A stretch of DNA of 63,700 bases, filler included, from Globobulimina sp. (taxonomy: Eukaryota), in NCBI GenBank assembly GCA_003354225.1. It is 40 parts of 40 records of this genome, joined end to end, with 100 filler letters (N's around TTAATTAATTAA, not from the genome) between each part and the next. Parts side by side here need not be neighbours in the genome. Positions count along the whole stretch, not along the records: positions 11,173 to 12,668 come from PIVH01015765.1; positions 12,769 to 14,264 come from PIVH01015766.1; positions 14,365 to 15,860 come from PIVH01015767.1; positions 15,961 to 17,456 come from PIVH01015768.1; positions 17,557 to 19,052 come from PIVH01015769.1; positions 19,153 to 20,648 come from PIVH01015770.1; positions 20,749 to 22,244 come from PIVH01015771.1; positions 22,345 to 23,839 come from PIVH01015772.1; 32 more parts are not named here. One strand, given 5' to 3'. Positions 11,210-23,587 of the stretch are shown in pieces. The position numbers and the translations under genes were made by a program. A model generated the notes under the pieces. That model ran no database searches, was not told the origin of the DNA, and worked only from the letters and a program-made list of their open reading frames with translations. The stretch's first letter is position 1. Each line of letters opens with the position of its first letter.

Positions 11210-12668
11210 ATGACAAACCATTTGGGCTCACCAAATATTTTAAACTCGAACCATTCTCAGAATCACATCAAACATTTAAATTTGCGGTCTTCTTCAAAGA
11301 GTCCTAAGTTCGATAACGACCAGAAAGACAATAAAATGTTTGAAGAAGACGACAATAAAAACAATAAACATAACAATTTGCAGAAACATTTTCGCCGCAA
11401 ATCTAGTTTTTCGCTGTCCTGCCATTATAAGAATCTGTCGTCGTTGGATCGCGACAATATGAAGGATTTGGACTCCTTATTCTGGGAAGACACCAATTTG
11501 CCCTCCGACTACAGCAGCAATAGGAAAAGAAATATGCAGCAGGACCCCAAAGAGCGTAGATTCAAATTGGACCGCTGGCTCTATCCAATCTTCTTGGCCT
11601 TCGATGATGCACAAACCACCGAAATCGTGAAAGGTATAATCATATGTTATATTTTTGTATAACGTTTCTCAAAAACAAGTGGAAAACACCAAAACCAGAT
11701 CGCTGTGGCTGGGAATTGACTCAATGGATACGGGACGAAGCAGAAGGTGTAAGGTCTCCGTTGTTGCGGCAATTCTATGATTATATGATATCATTAAGCG
11801 ACAATTTAGACATTTTAAACAAGAATCAAATGAGCAATAATGTGGTTGATGCGACTGAGAATGAATCGGATTATAATTCGGATACTGATGAAGAGGATGA
11901 ATTGTCTGAATATTTGTTACAGGAAAGATTGGCGAAAAAGCGGCAAGAAAAAGACAAGGAATTGTGGGAATTGGATGAGATTAATTTCGAGTTCGAGATG
12001 ATGACAAGAATTAAGGAGCTGACAGAATGCGTTGAAGATAGCGTTGAAGCGAAATTTGTGCTGAATGTGATCGATGCATTGGACAATAATGTGTTTAGGG
12101 CGTCGCCCATTTTACAGTGTATCTTAAAATATATCGGCAACGATATCAAATTTATGTGCATTTTGTACGCAAATTGCGAGGTTACGGACGGCGATAAGAT
12201 TATGGAGATATACTGTGAGGATAATAATATTTTATCCGTCATCTGGAAGTTGGTGAAAATATGCAGCGGTTCGGAGACGTTGATGGAGAAAATATTGATA
12301 AACAGCAATAATTTGCATGAGCGCGATGCAGAGCGGCTAAGTATTGGAGTGCTAACTGCGTTGGACCATAATTTGGATTTAGCGATACCGATATTTTCAT
12401 GTATTGTTGATAACGGTACGGATGAGTATATTTATAATCATATTACAAAAATAATGGCATTATGTGCGGCAAACACGGCGCTTAATATGAATGCGGAAGA
12501 AATGATAAGATTTGGTATCGGACATCCATTGGTATCGCCACATGAATTGTTTATGCAGTACAAAAAGAATGGGGACAAACCCATCATTGATCAATTGAAT
12601 ATTTTGAGTTCAATGCAGATAAAATACGAACAGTATCAATTGTTTCTAGGTCGATATTTGTTGTATTG
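11210..12668 (+). CDS. Hypothetical protein, spliced fragment
   Basis: Two long ORFs (11210..11662 and 11644..contig end) bridged by a probable intron starting GTATAA at 11634. Acidic/coiled segment then a helical region. No family recognised. Confidence 0.55.
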
Positions 12669-12768
12669 NNNNNNNNNNNNNNNNNNNNNNNNNNNNNNNN
12701 NNNNNNNNNNNNTTAATTAATTAANNNNNNNNNNNNNNNNNNNNNNNNNNNNNNNNNNNNNNNNNNNN

Positions 12769-12917
12769 ACTGCCGTAACCGAACCACTTATCATTCCATC
12801 AATTTTACTTACCACATTCTGCATTTGTTGATTAAATAAAGCTACATCATTACTACCGCATACATCACTCAGCTTCAGGAGTACAATATGTTGAAGAACT
12901 GGCATGGTTTGTTGCAT
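12769..12917 (-). CDS. Dabb / stress-responsive alpha-beta barrel domain protein, N-terminal fragment
   Basis: MPVLQHIVLLKL...VSKIDGMISGSV resembles the HIVL.K...IPG start of Dabb domains. Runs off the contig. Confidence 0.5.
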
Positions 12918-12949
12918 GTAATTATTACTGAAAAGCTGTTTGCTGTTAA

Positions 12950-13975
12950 ATGACAACTGACACAAACTGGCACATTCTACAAGCTTTTCCAAGGAAATAC
13001 TGCTCTCAACCTGTTGTTTTGAATGAAAATGAATTTATTGTAGCAGTGGACGTGACATATGGAGAGCTTTGTGTTTCTGGCGATGGAATATATGTATTTT
13101 ACATAAAGAGAAATGAATGGAAACTATTGATAGAATATCCAACAAATTATTCTGTGACATGTCCCTCGATTTGCTATGATTTCAGTAGTGATTTGCTGTA
13201 TGTTTATGGTGGTAACAGATCATTGTTAATCGCTAATATTAATACCAAACAATGCATTGTACACAATAACCTATTAAAAGTTGGCTGGTATCCAAAGTCC
13301 ATAATGATCGACAATGAATACAATTTAATCTGTGGTGAAGGCAATAAATATCATTTATTATGGAATAATAAGCTGTATAGTTTCGAAAAAGTATATGAAT
13401 TTAAGGATTTGCTGCATGGCAATGCGAATCCAGGTGTACTTCATTTACACTCTAAAAATATGATAATATTATTTGGAGGAACGGATGCTTCCGAATGGCA
13501 AAATTACGGCATAAATGTAAATACAATATGGAAATATACATTGGATAATAGAAAATGGATAAAAATGGGTCTACAATTACCCGAAGCAAGTGATATATTT
13601 GGATATGCGTCAAGTACCGATGACAAATATATATTTATTATCGGTGGGAGAACATATCCAAATTACTTTGAAACTGTAGAAAATGATTTTATTTATGTAA
13701 TCGACACACAACAATGGAAAATAATGAAATCAACAATTGATTGTCCGCAGAAAGGACAATATCATTCTTGCATTGTACCAATGACAGCAACAAATAGTTA
13801 TTTAGCATGCGGATATATTCGGAGACTTAAGGAGTTGCATAAATTAATAATTCCATTGGAAATAATTGCTATCATATCTTCAATGTATTATGAGGATTAT
13901 TTGCATTTATTGAAACTCAATGGACATTGGGAAATAAATATAAATCACATAATTGAGAACATGGTTGAATGCTAG
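12950..13975 (+). CDS. Kelch-repeat beta-propeller protein
   Basis: Repeated LYVYGG, IILFGG and IFIIGG with downstream Y...W. C-terminal GYIRR...IPLEIIAII tail. Complete 341-aa ORF. Confidence 0.88.
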   Translation: MTTDTNWHILQAFPRKYCSQPVVLNENEFIVAVDVTYGELCVSGDGIYVFYIKRNEWKLLIEYPTNYSVTCPSICYDFSSDLLYVYGGNRSLLIANINTKQCIVHNNLLKVGWYPKSIMIDNEYNLICGEGNKYHLLWNNKLYSFEKVYEFKDLLHGNANPGVLHLHSKNMIILFGGTDASEWQNYGINVNTIWKYTLDNRKWIKMGLQLPEASDIFGYASSTDDKYIFIIGGRTYPNYFETVENDFIYVIDTQQWKIMKSTIDCPQKGQYHSCIVPMTATNSYLACGYIRRLKELHKLIIPLEIIAIISSMYYEDYLHLLKLNGHWEININHIIENMVEC

Positions 13976-14515
13976 CACTGATATATTATAATTAAGACTA
14001 TTGTGAGTATTGTCCGGTTTCTAGCCACATATATGTGTAATATATTTTTGTACTGTATACAAATTATTTTAATTTTAATCTGTTGTTTCTGACAGTTACA
14101 AAGAATAATAATGATCTGATCTGGAATGACAACAGTAACACAATTTGGAGAACTTCCATCATTTGAACAGAATGATAATGGCAATTGACTTTTTGCTTCC
14201 TGTGAAATGGTCGATGGTAACGTACAGTTTTCTGCAGTTTTCCAAAAGCTTGACTGAATATTCANNNNNNNNNNNNNNNNNNNNNNNNNNNNNNNNNNNN
14301 NNNNNNNNTTAATTAATTAANNNNNNNNNNNNNNNNNNNNNNNNNNNNNNNNNNNNNNNNNNNNTCAGGATCCATTTTGCATCTCAGGATCCATGAAAAA
14401 AAAACTTTTCTCGCAAATAGATTTTTAAAGTAGATAGTCGTTTGCGCACGGTGGTATTTTTGTTTTTCAAATCAAGGCAATATTCGTGAAATTATCACCA
14501 TGTTAAAATTGCACG

Positions 14516-15858
14516 TTAAACAGCATTTTTTTCGAAAATAACAGCACTGTGATATTTAGAGGCAATTTCAATACAATTATCATTGCTAAATTGTTTGCAA
14601 ACTGTTGGGATTAAACAATTTTTACTTTCATATTCAAGGCCTAAACCTAATCTATAGCCTCCATTACCAAAACAATACACTGACCCGGCATTAATGCGCA
14701 ATTGTTGATATTTGATAAATTTAAATAATGTATTTTTGATTGGTTGATTTCTATCATTATTATTATCTTTTTTATCATCATTTGCTTGTTGAATTTGTGT
14801 ATTTAAACAATAAAAATTAAAATATTTGTAAACTAAAACATATTTTGATTCACACAAATTATAGAAATTCAAACATATTTTTAACTGCAATTCATTACCT
14901 AATCTTTTTAATATTTGATTTCTTGTAATTTCATCCATTTGTGTTGCAATATATTTATTTATTTTATGCATTGACTCATTGTTAATATTCAAATCAAAGC
15001 CAATTTTATTAAAGAAATCCGATGCAGATTTTATTTTATTTTTAAATGATTGCAACACAGAAAGAAAATAATGCATTTATTATTATTATTATTATTATTT
15101 TTAAATGTTTTTATTAATACAAAATCTAAACCTTTTGCTGGTTGTACGTAAATATTAATTATTGCGGCTGATACAAATGGAAAAATAAACTGAATATCAT
15201 ATATATTATCAATATCATTAAACTTATATAATAACTGATTTTTTTTATTATTATTATAAATATTTGCTTCTTTGATTTGCATTTCATTTTCATTGAATAA
15301 TATTAAATATGAACTTTCTAAGATTGTTTTATGATATTTTTCTTCAATTTTTGCATTTAATTGTAACTCAATCATTGCATCTTTGATTACTATATTATTT
15401 ATAAACGGCGGAATAACATTTAATGATTTCGGAATAACATTTAATAAAAAATACTCTTTTCTATCAAATAATAATCTGTTTTTAATCCATACTTTATAAG
15501 ATTTACATTGTGTTATTTGTATTTCATTATCATATTTAAAATACAGTGCATCAGATATTGTCTTATTATCATCCTCATCTTCCACTATTTTATATTCTGT
15601 GTTGGCATAATTATTATAATCAGTGTCTGCTGCCTCACTTATTTCGATTTTAAAGGGTGTATAATTAAATATATTTGTATTTGCCTTAATATTTGAGATA
15701 TATTTTAATTTGCTGGCAAAGACTTGATTTGCTGCTTTTAATTCCTTTATTTTTAGTTCTTTGACCAATCGATTTAATACAACGCCGCCAGTCACAGCCT
15801 GATGATATAAGATATTATGTTGTTTTATGAGAGATATCCATTCATTCTTTGGTTGCAC
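14516..15858 (-). CDS. Hypothetical protein ending in an RCC1-like repeat (fragment, frame break near 15076)
   Basis: GSVYCFGNGGYRLGLG...LIPT...CIEIASKYHSAVIF matches an RCC1 blade. The two ORFs shift frame at an (AAT)n tract. Confidence 0.5.
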
Positions 15859-15960
15859 ACNNNNNNNNNNNNNNNNNNNNNNNNNNNNNNNNNNNNNNNN
15901 NNNNTTAATTAATTAANNNNNNNNNNNNNNNNNNNNNNNNNNNNNNNNNNNNNNNNNNNN

Positions 15961-17456
15961 AAAATGTCGAGATATGGTGCACTTTTTCCAACTCAATGCA
16001 AAAAATCTTGGCTTTCTCGTTATTCATATGGCAGATTGAAATCACCCCCACCGATTTGCGCGCATTGTATTCTCGCAACGACCGCTCGCAAATGTACAAT
16101 AAGCCCGGCACTAACATCCATTTCCAATAATTCGGGCCAAAGCCTTGTCGGCCGTGAAAGATGCAGGCAATGAAAAACACGACGAACAAATGGTGCGTAT
16201 ACCAAAACAACTCATATTTGCCGTGGCGAACGGCCGCCAACGAGGTGCAATAAATCATCTGCATCACGACCACAATGAGCGCGCCTGAGATCCACACCGA
16301 ATTTCCAAACACCGCGTGGTATGTCTGCGGCACCTGGCTGTAATGCAGGAAATGCCCCCAAGTGTGCACCAAGGCGCCGAGCGAGATCAACATCGACATA
16401 AAAATGTGCAGTTCGATGGATTTGTCCAATGGGATAAAGGACAGGATCCAATTGCAGCATCTCGCCGATTGCCGCTGATCTGTGGAGATGTTATACAACT
16501 TCGTGATAAATGAGCGGCACACCGGCAATAAAATGAAAGCGCAGTTGATATCTAACAAATTGCCCATGAACTTTGCAATCGGCAGCAACATCGTAACCAC
16601 GTTGCCATCGCCATTTGCATCGGCAATTTCGCGCAATGCCACGCCGCTGAAACCCAAATAACCGTCGGCGCAGACCGTCGCTGCGCAGGCATTGAATTTG
16701 ATCACTTGGTCCACATAAACACCAAACTGATACGCACAGTAAACGACATTAAATAGGATATACACTGCGAAAAAAGCATACTTCTTCAACTCGCTCTGTT
16801 GCTTTATAGTATGACACCAATTCTTGCAAAATGTAATGGAACAATACGCTTTCGCGTCCCTCCATTCTTGCAACAATTCACTTTTCCGATCCTGTACTAA
16901 ATATTCCTCCTTATACCGCCACGCTAATGCACTGTACACAAAAGTCACCAGCCACATCACACTGACTATGACAGACACATAGGTCAGAAATGGAACAATG
17001 CTAAGTATGAAATATCCGATACTACGCAATGGTATCTTGGTCACTGTCCGCTGTTTCCCATACAATAAATTCCAAATAAACACAGCAATGCCAGTCACGA
17101 TGCAATACCAACCAGTCAGCATACACAAAGCCGGTGAGGTGACATTGTTGTCCGCAAACCAGTCGTTGTGAGTGCTGCCATAATGCCAACTAAAACAGGC
17201 AAAGCCCATCATAAAGGAGCCAAAAGCTGTGAAATAAGTCATGTAATAACTGGCTAAGCCAAAGCGTGATTTGGAGTGCGGATTGATTTTTAAATTCAAA
17301 ACATTGGCAGAATAATAATTCTCCGACGTGGCATCGATTAACTTGGAGTCGTCCACATTGGATGTATTTGCTTCTCGATAGTCTGATTCTAAAATGTGCA
17401 ATGCGTATAATTTTTATTTGTTATATAGCAAAGGTTACATACTGAGTAAACTGAGT
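15961..17456 (-). CDS. NADPH oxidase (NOX/gp91phox-like) with N-terminal p22phox-like domain; truncated at both ends
   Basis: NOX transmembrane motifs: LLDINCAFILLPVCRS; LDKSIELH-x13-HTWGH; YELFWYTHH-x12-HG; YWKWMLVPGLLYICERSLR, then the start of the FAD domain. Four extra hydrophobic helices upstream. Probable intron 17389..17442. Confidence 0.95.
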
Positions 17457-17717
17457 NNNNNNNNNNNNNNNNNNNNNNNNNNNNNNNNNNNNNNNNNNNN
17501 TTAATTAATTAANNNNNNNNNNNNNNNNNNNNNNNNNNNNNNNNNNNNNNNNNNNNACAAAAAAAGATTGCTAGGTTCATGCATGTCATTCATGTCATCA
17601 TGGCACTTGGGCAAAGCTTTGCCGTGCTAAATTTATGGAGAATTCTAAAATAATGCAGCCAACAAACAAAAGGTATTTTTAAAACATTTTTAGCGTTTAA
17701 CATTTATAAATATATAG

Positions 17718-18770
17718 AACATCACAATCGTGTGAGAATAATGCCCGACAAAACGCAACCAACTATTTAAGAAAATGGCGGATAAAACTGACAGGTTTGA
17801 ATAGCAATAAACATAAATATTTTGCGTGCACTGCCATCGAGTTCTATGGCCTGTTGTTTTTGACGAAGTTTGATCCGCTGAATGGAGTTTCGAACCGCGT
17901 GTCGTGCGAGAAGTTGATGAAACAGTTGAAGTATCTGCAAACGTGCAAGTTTGAGTCGAATAATGATAAGAACGGCATTGTGTACTATGTGGGGACTCGC
18001 GGCGAGACCCTCGAATTGGGTGAATCTGGGGCGCGAGGAAGTGGGTTTTGACGGACGCTTCGTCGTTATGAGGGACTCGCAGCCGACGTACGCGCTATGC
18101 GGCCGGATCTCAGTCCGCTGCGTGACACAACCTTTGGAGAATTCGTGGATGAAGATCGATTTGAAGAACTTGTTCGTGATCCCGACGCATTACTCGCTGC
18201 GGTGTTACATCTCTTGGGACACGGAGGCGTTACGCAACTGGATCTTGGAGGAGTCGTTTGATTGGCATTCATGGCAAACGTTGCGCGCGCAACGCAATGA
18301 CAGCTCTCTGAACCACAAAGGCGCAGTGCATACGTGGCCGTTGCGGGCAAAGGGCGCCAACTACAAATCGTTCCGAATCCGGCAGATCGGAGAGAACAGC
18401 AACAAACATTATTATTTGTCCTGCTCTGGCTTCGAGATTTACGGAGATATTTACCAGATCAGCACCGGCAAACAGCCGCAGCAGGAAAAGCGCCCGACGG
18501 CGAGTTGAATAACAAGAAGGTGTTCGATGCGTCGCTGACGGGCAGGTACCGGACAACAATGAGGTGGCGGTGAACAACAATGTGAATGCGGAGAGTCAGG
18601 ACATGGCGTTGTTGCGCGAGATGGCGAGGCAGGAGAAACAGAGTTTGATTCACCACTTGTCGGCGGGCACTGACTATCCCTTTTGTTATATGAAGGACTT
18701 CGATGAGTGCGGCATTTTGCATTTTTTGGGTACGGATTGGCGCACTGCGCCGTGGAAGAATCTGTCGGGA
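17718..18770 (+). pseudogene. Tandem HECTD1-type galactose-binding-like (SUN/F5-8-like) domains, frameshifted
   Basis: End of copy 1 (WRIKLTGLNSNKHKYFACTAIEFYG), full copy 2 (DKNGIVYYVGT...WMKIDL...PTHYSLR...ALRNW...TWPL...FRIRQIGENSNKHYYLSCSGFEIYG) and start of copy 3 (DFDECGILHFLGT), spread over different frames. Confidence 0.7.
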
Positions 18771-20977
18771 ATGGATACGGAATAAATTGGATACGGAATA
18801 AGCGAATAAATTTGATACGGAATAAATTTGATTCGGAAATTGTTTAGATATAAAAGCATGGTTTTGTGTAAACAAAAAGAAGGGATGTTGGTACCATAAA
18901 AATGTATCGAACGCTAATAAAAATGTATGAAAAGACCATAAAAATATATTTAAACCACAAAAAAAAAAAAAATTTAACTCTGTGCACAACTATAAAAAAA
19001 AAAATCACCGAACCTACACAAACATATAAAAAAAAAACACAGACAGTACCCANNNNNNNNNNNNNNNNNNNNNNNNNNNNNNNNNNNNNNNNNNNNTTAA
19101 TTAATTAANNNNNNNNNNNNNNNNNNNNNNNNNNNNNNNNNNNNNNNNNNNNCATGCCAAAAAGAAAAGGAAACAATACACGGGAAATTAAGTATCGCTT
19201 AGCTCAAGAAGAGCACACACATCATTAAATGGACAAAAAAATATGGATTCAAAACTTTCTATAAATTATTGTATAAATAGAAATATAAAAGAAAAAACAA
19301 ATTATTTAAATATGCGACTTGAAATCTTATTTGAAATATGCATCTTTGTTAAGAGTACAGAAATTGAAAGTTAATTTTGTTTTCATTTTGAGTTAGTTTT
19401 TATTTATTTATTTCTTTTTATTTTGATTGATTGATTGATTTTATTTTATTTTATTGTGTGTATGGGTTAGCTTAAGGCTGTAGTTCGTCGTACAGATGTA
19501 TAAAGGATGGACCCGATGCAAATATACTTTGATGAAATCTATTAAAACTTATCGCTGAGTGAATTATATACAAAATGTTGTTTTGAGGAAAGCTGTTTCT
19601 GTATAAAAAAATATAATTGAACGAAATTTATAAAACCTATCCAATGGAATATATCGTTAATCGTTTAGAGTTATTCATACTAACAACGTGTATGTGTGGT
19701 TGGGTGCGTTGTCTCACTACAAATCGATGTGTCGTTACTGCCATGATTTCCTGTTATTTTAATATCGTTCATAGAAATTTGAAATTCTGCATTCGGTTTT
19801 GTTGCCCTGTCAGTTTCTTTTAATTCTTCATCTTCTCTATAATCAACATAATACACCAGACAGCATCCGGTAATTATCAACCACAACGTTGCCGAATATT
19901 GTTCAATGTATTCGGTTAGAAAAACATCAGCATTTGTATTTACTGGAACATTAGCTTTAAGTGCTCCAATTGCTTTGGTGATGAGTTGTTTTAAAAATAT
20001 TAGCAAAATAAATTAAATAATTCCCCAAAATAATTTCCAATTTTTAATGCTATAAATACAGCACTAACCAGCTATACGAGTGCTTGGTTTTTATCAATTC
20101 ATCTTTTTATCGGATTATTCAGAACGGGGCGTCGTTAATATTTTGGGGAATTATGATTTGTTCTTGTTTGGATAGTAATTGTGATTGAGTATTATTGAAT
20201 AAATCTTTTTTTTGTATTCATCGGAGTTTTGTACATTGTCATCATATGTTTATGGATTTTCATCATTTTTTTCATGCAACGATGACACTTTATATATAAG
20301 GGATAATATACCAGAGGAGTAGTAAATGACACAATATAACGGTAAAGGTATTTATAACAGTAAATGACAATTCTGATAATATACCAGTAGGTATTTATCT
20401 GATAACGGTAAAAGCAAACATAAAAATTAAACAAACTCATGCAAAAATAGAGAAAACATAAAAGAAAATTGATACAAAAACACTTTATACAAAAAAATAA
20501 TAAATACAACAAAAAAATGATAAATAATATTGATAATGTCTCAGATAAATAATAAAGACAAACTTATTTTAATTTATATATTGATAATGTCTCAGAACAT
20601 TCACCTTTTCTTTGTGGATCTTTATAATGTATTCTCTTTAAACCCCATNNNNNNNNNNNNNNNNNNNNNNNNNNNNNNNNNNNNNNNNNNNNTTAATTAA
20701 TTAANNNNNNNNNNNNNNNNNNNNNNNNNNNNNNNNNNNNNNNNNNNNAATTCCCATCAGTACACAGCTTGCATCAATATTTTACCATTAAATAAAACAA
20801 AACAAAACAAACACAAAAAAGATATGTGTGATATACAGACAATGGAATTCGTTTTAGTACGAACTAAAGTAACTCCTGAAACAGGTTTGTTTTATTTGAT
20901 ATTTTCTTCTGCATAAAATGCACCTATTATATATTCAACACTTTTATGTGCACACATATACTGTGGATACACCACAT

Positions 20978-21172
20978 TCACAAATATAATACTGTGGATG
21001 TTTCTTGTTTGTTTTTGGCAAATATAATAGTGGTATTACCAGCTGATTTGGTAGATAATAACAGCTCTCTCTTGGCAAACCGACCTAACTTGGACAATTC
21101 AAGCAATCTTTCTTTTATTTTCTCATTTATATGTCGTTCTTGAAGGTTTCCACTAGGTATTTTGTTTCCCAT
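20978..21172 (-). pseudogene. Degenerate heterotrimeric G-protein alpha-like N-terminus
   Basis: MGN start, a helical segment, then KRELLLSTKSAGNTTI resembling KLLLLGxGxSGKSTI with a broken P-loop. Early stop. Confidence 0.35.
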
Positions 21173-21223
21173 TTTCAAGAATACTAAAAAAAAACGTACT
21201 AGCTAATTTTATAAGTTTTCATC

Positions 21224-21922
21224 ATGGACATCGTTGACAATCTTTTGAAACAAATTGAATATTTCAATAACGCACAGTGTAAACTAAAGGTCTTCCACGG
21301 CCATAACTGTATTTTAATACAAAACTGCTTATCACAAAATGAACAACGTTTATTATATAAAGCAATACAAAACGCATCTTTACACTGTAAAAAATCAGCT
21401 CTTGCAACAAGTCTCAAATCGTATACAAATGCGATAAAATTGATGAATATCAATCTATGTAATCCAAATCATGAAAGTAGATTATCTCCAATTTTTATGA
21501 AACTACAGAATAAAATCAGGCAAATACTATCTTCAAAAAGCAATATGAATATCAAAAAGGAATACCGTGAAATATTTATAAAATCATTGCAATACAATGT
21601 AAGCAATGGCAGATTGGATAGACATTGTGATGGTGTCAATGGATTTGCATTTATATACTCATTGGGAAACATTGCTAATTTTTTTATCGGTAATGAGGAA
21701 TTGGAGTTTTGCAGTGGCGACTGTTTGATATTCAATTCTTCAAATAAAGCAAGAATATGGCATGGAGTTGAATCAATTAAGAAAAATTCGTATCCATTTT
21801 GGTTTGATGAGCTCAAACATCATAGAGTCAGTGTGCAAATTCGTTGTCAACGACAAAAGAAATTTACAGTGAAAAGTGACAAAATTAAGCGTTTGATGTT
21901 GGAATTGGATGATTTACGATAA
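21224..21922 (+). CDS. AlkB-like 2OG-Fe(II) dioxygenase
   Basis: Y...G.L..HCD, YSLG, SGDCLIF, WHGV and RVSVQIR give the HxD...H triad and RxxxxxR motif. Confidence 0.88.
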   Translation: MDIVDNLLKQIEYFNNAQCKLKVFHGHNCILIQNCLSQNEQRLLYKAIQNASLHCKKSALATSLKSYTNAIKLMNINLCNPNHESRLSPIFMKLQNKIRQILSSKSNMNIKKEYREIFIKSLQYNVSNGRLDRHCDGVNGFAFIYSLGNIANFFIGNEELEFCSGDCLIFNSSNKARIWHGVESIKKNSYPFWFDELKHHRVSVQIRCQRQKKFTVKSDKIKRLMLELDDLR

Positions 21923-22597
21923 TAAATTAGTGAGGTCTTCTGTTGAGAATTGGATATCGCTCCATTTAATCTGTTTTTTTGTCAAAACATTAATGAAACA
22001 TCGACGATAATAATGTCAAAATTGGTGTAGTTGATTAAATACACTTGAATCAGTTGCCATGTCCTTACAAAACGAAATACGATCAGATCTATATCTTTAA
22101 AACTGTGATTTTATAGGACGTCGACATGGCAACGTCCATAAATCCCATACACCAGTCGTGTTTTTTTGTTGTATACCGAGAATAAATACTGCTTTTTTAT
22201 ATCATTCAATCATGGACCAGCTTACTGAAACTTAGTGGAAATGANNNNNNNNNNNNNNNNNNNNNNNNNNNNNNNNNNNNNNNNNNNNTTAATTAATTAA
22301 NNNNNNNNNNNNNNNNNNNNNNNNNNNNNNNNNNNNNNNNNNNNCGTTTTTAAAATTCGCATTCGCAAGTCATTTTGGTGAGATCATCTCATTTTTCCTA
22401 TTCTATTCTAAAGTATTCATCATCAGAAGTTTGGCGGGATGTATTTCAAAAAACTTGTGATATTCCCATTCAAATCAATTCCATTTATGGTACTTTACAT
22501 ATATCCATGCATATGCATATCACAACTATACATGCAAACCAAACAACCAAATTTTCATATTGGTAATCTGTTAAATTTAGTGGTCTGGACAAGAAAT

Positions 22598-23587
22598 TCA
22601 CCCAAAAGAGTAGTTAAATGCAAGAAAATCTTTTTTATACATATCATATATCATTGTTTTACTGTGATTGGTTAGATGTAGGATGGATAAATTTGATTGG
22701 TGACAGACAGCATCCACAATATCATGTGTTTTTGATAACGGTTCCTTTATTTGATTCAAATTGTATTTCTGCATTAAATCATTTAGGTCTTGTTGGTAAT
22801 TCTCAAAATGAATAACATGTTTACATATTTTATTATCCATTTCATCAAATACAAAATCATATTGTTTGACAAAGTGGCATCCGCGCGCACAATAACTCGC
22901 TTTATCAGTTTCCAACATTGTTTTGTATTTTTTTAATGCTGTAATAACCCAGAAATTCAATAACGTTTCACTGCAATAATCAGTATTTGTTAAATTTAAA
23001 TCTTTGAATAAAATTGGTCCAAATGTATTATTGTAACTAATTAAATATTTATATTCAGAAATTATTTTATGGAATGGATTCCTTACCACACAAAAATAGT
23101 CAACAACATCCAAATCATAATACTGCGAAACACTCGGATTCTGAGCATGCGCTGATTCGGACTCTGAATAATATTTTAGCCAAAAACGCAATGGAATATG
23201 CCATGGACTGCCAGAATTACATATTTTTAATTTAACACATAATTTTCTGGGCTCTTTTTTCCGTAATAACGTATTATTTTGAAATAATTTCCATCCCCAT
23301 AATATTCCTACTTTTTGAGCACTCAATGCAATGGAAGTACCGCCTGTTTTTGGAACATGCATAAACATCAACTTTTTCCCAACCTTTTCTCCTTTTTCTG
23401 AATCATTATTAAGCATTATATATTTTCTAGATCTGTTCAGATTTATGGCCAATTGAATCGGTGGAATCTCATTAATTGTTCCATGACTCGGATCATGATA
23501 AAAGTAATTATAAATAAACACGCAAACTATGGTGAAAACATATGCTGGCAAACAGAGTGTGGACAGTGACACATGTTTCGCCTTCAT
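22598..23587 (-). CDS. Golgi type II membrane sulfotransferase (Sulfotransfer_2 family)
   Basis: N-terminal TM helix; 5'-PSB FMHVPKTGGTSI; 3'-PB VVRNPFHKIISEY; C-terminal YKKDFLAFNY. Confidence 0.9.
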   Translation of the reverse strand: MKAKHVSLSTLCLPAYVFTIVCVFIYNYFYHDPSHGTINEIPPIQLAINLNRSRKYIMLNNDSEKGEKVGKKLMFMHVPKTGGTSIALSAQKVGILWGWKLFQNNTLLRKKEPRKLCVKLKICNSGSPWHIPLRFWLKYYSESESAHAQNPSVSQYYDLDVVDYFCVVRNPFHKIISEYKYLISYNNTFGPILFKDLNLTNTDYCSETLLNFWVITALKKYKTMLETDKASYCARGCHFVKQYDFVFDEMDNKICKHVIHFENYQQDLNDLMQKYNLNQIKEPLSKTHDIVDAVCHQSNLSILHLTNHSKTMIYDMYKKDFLAFNYSFG

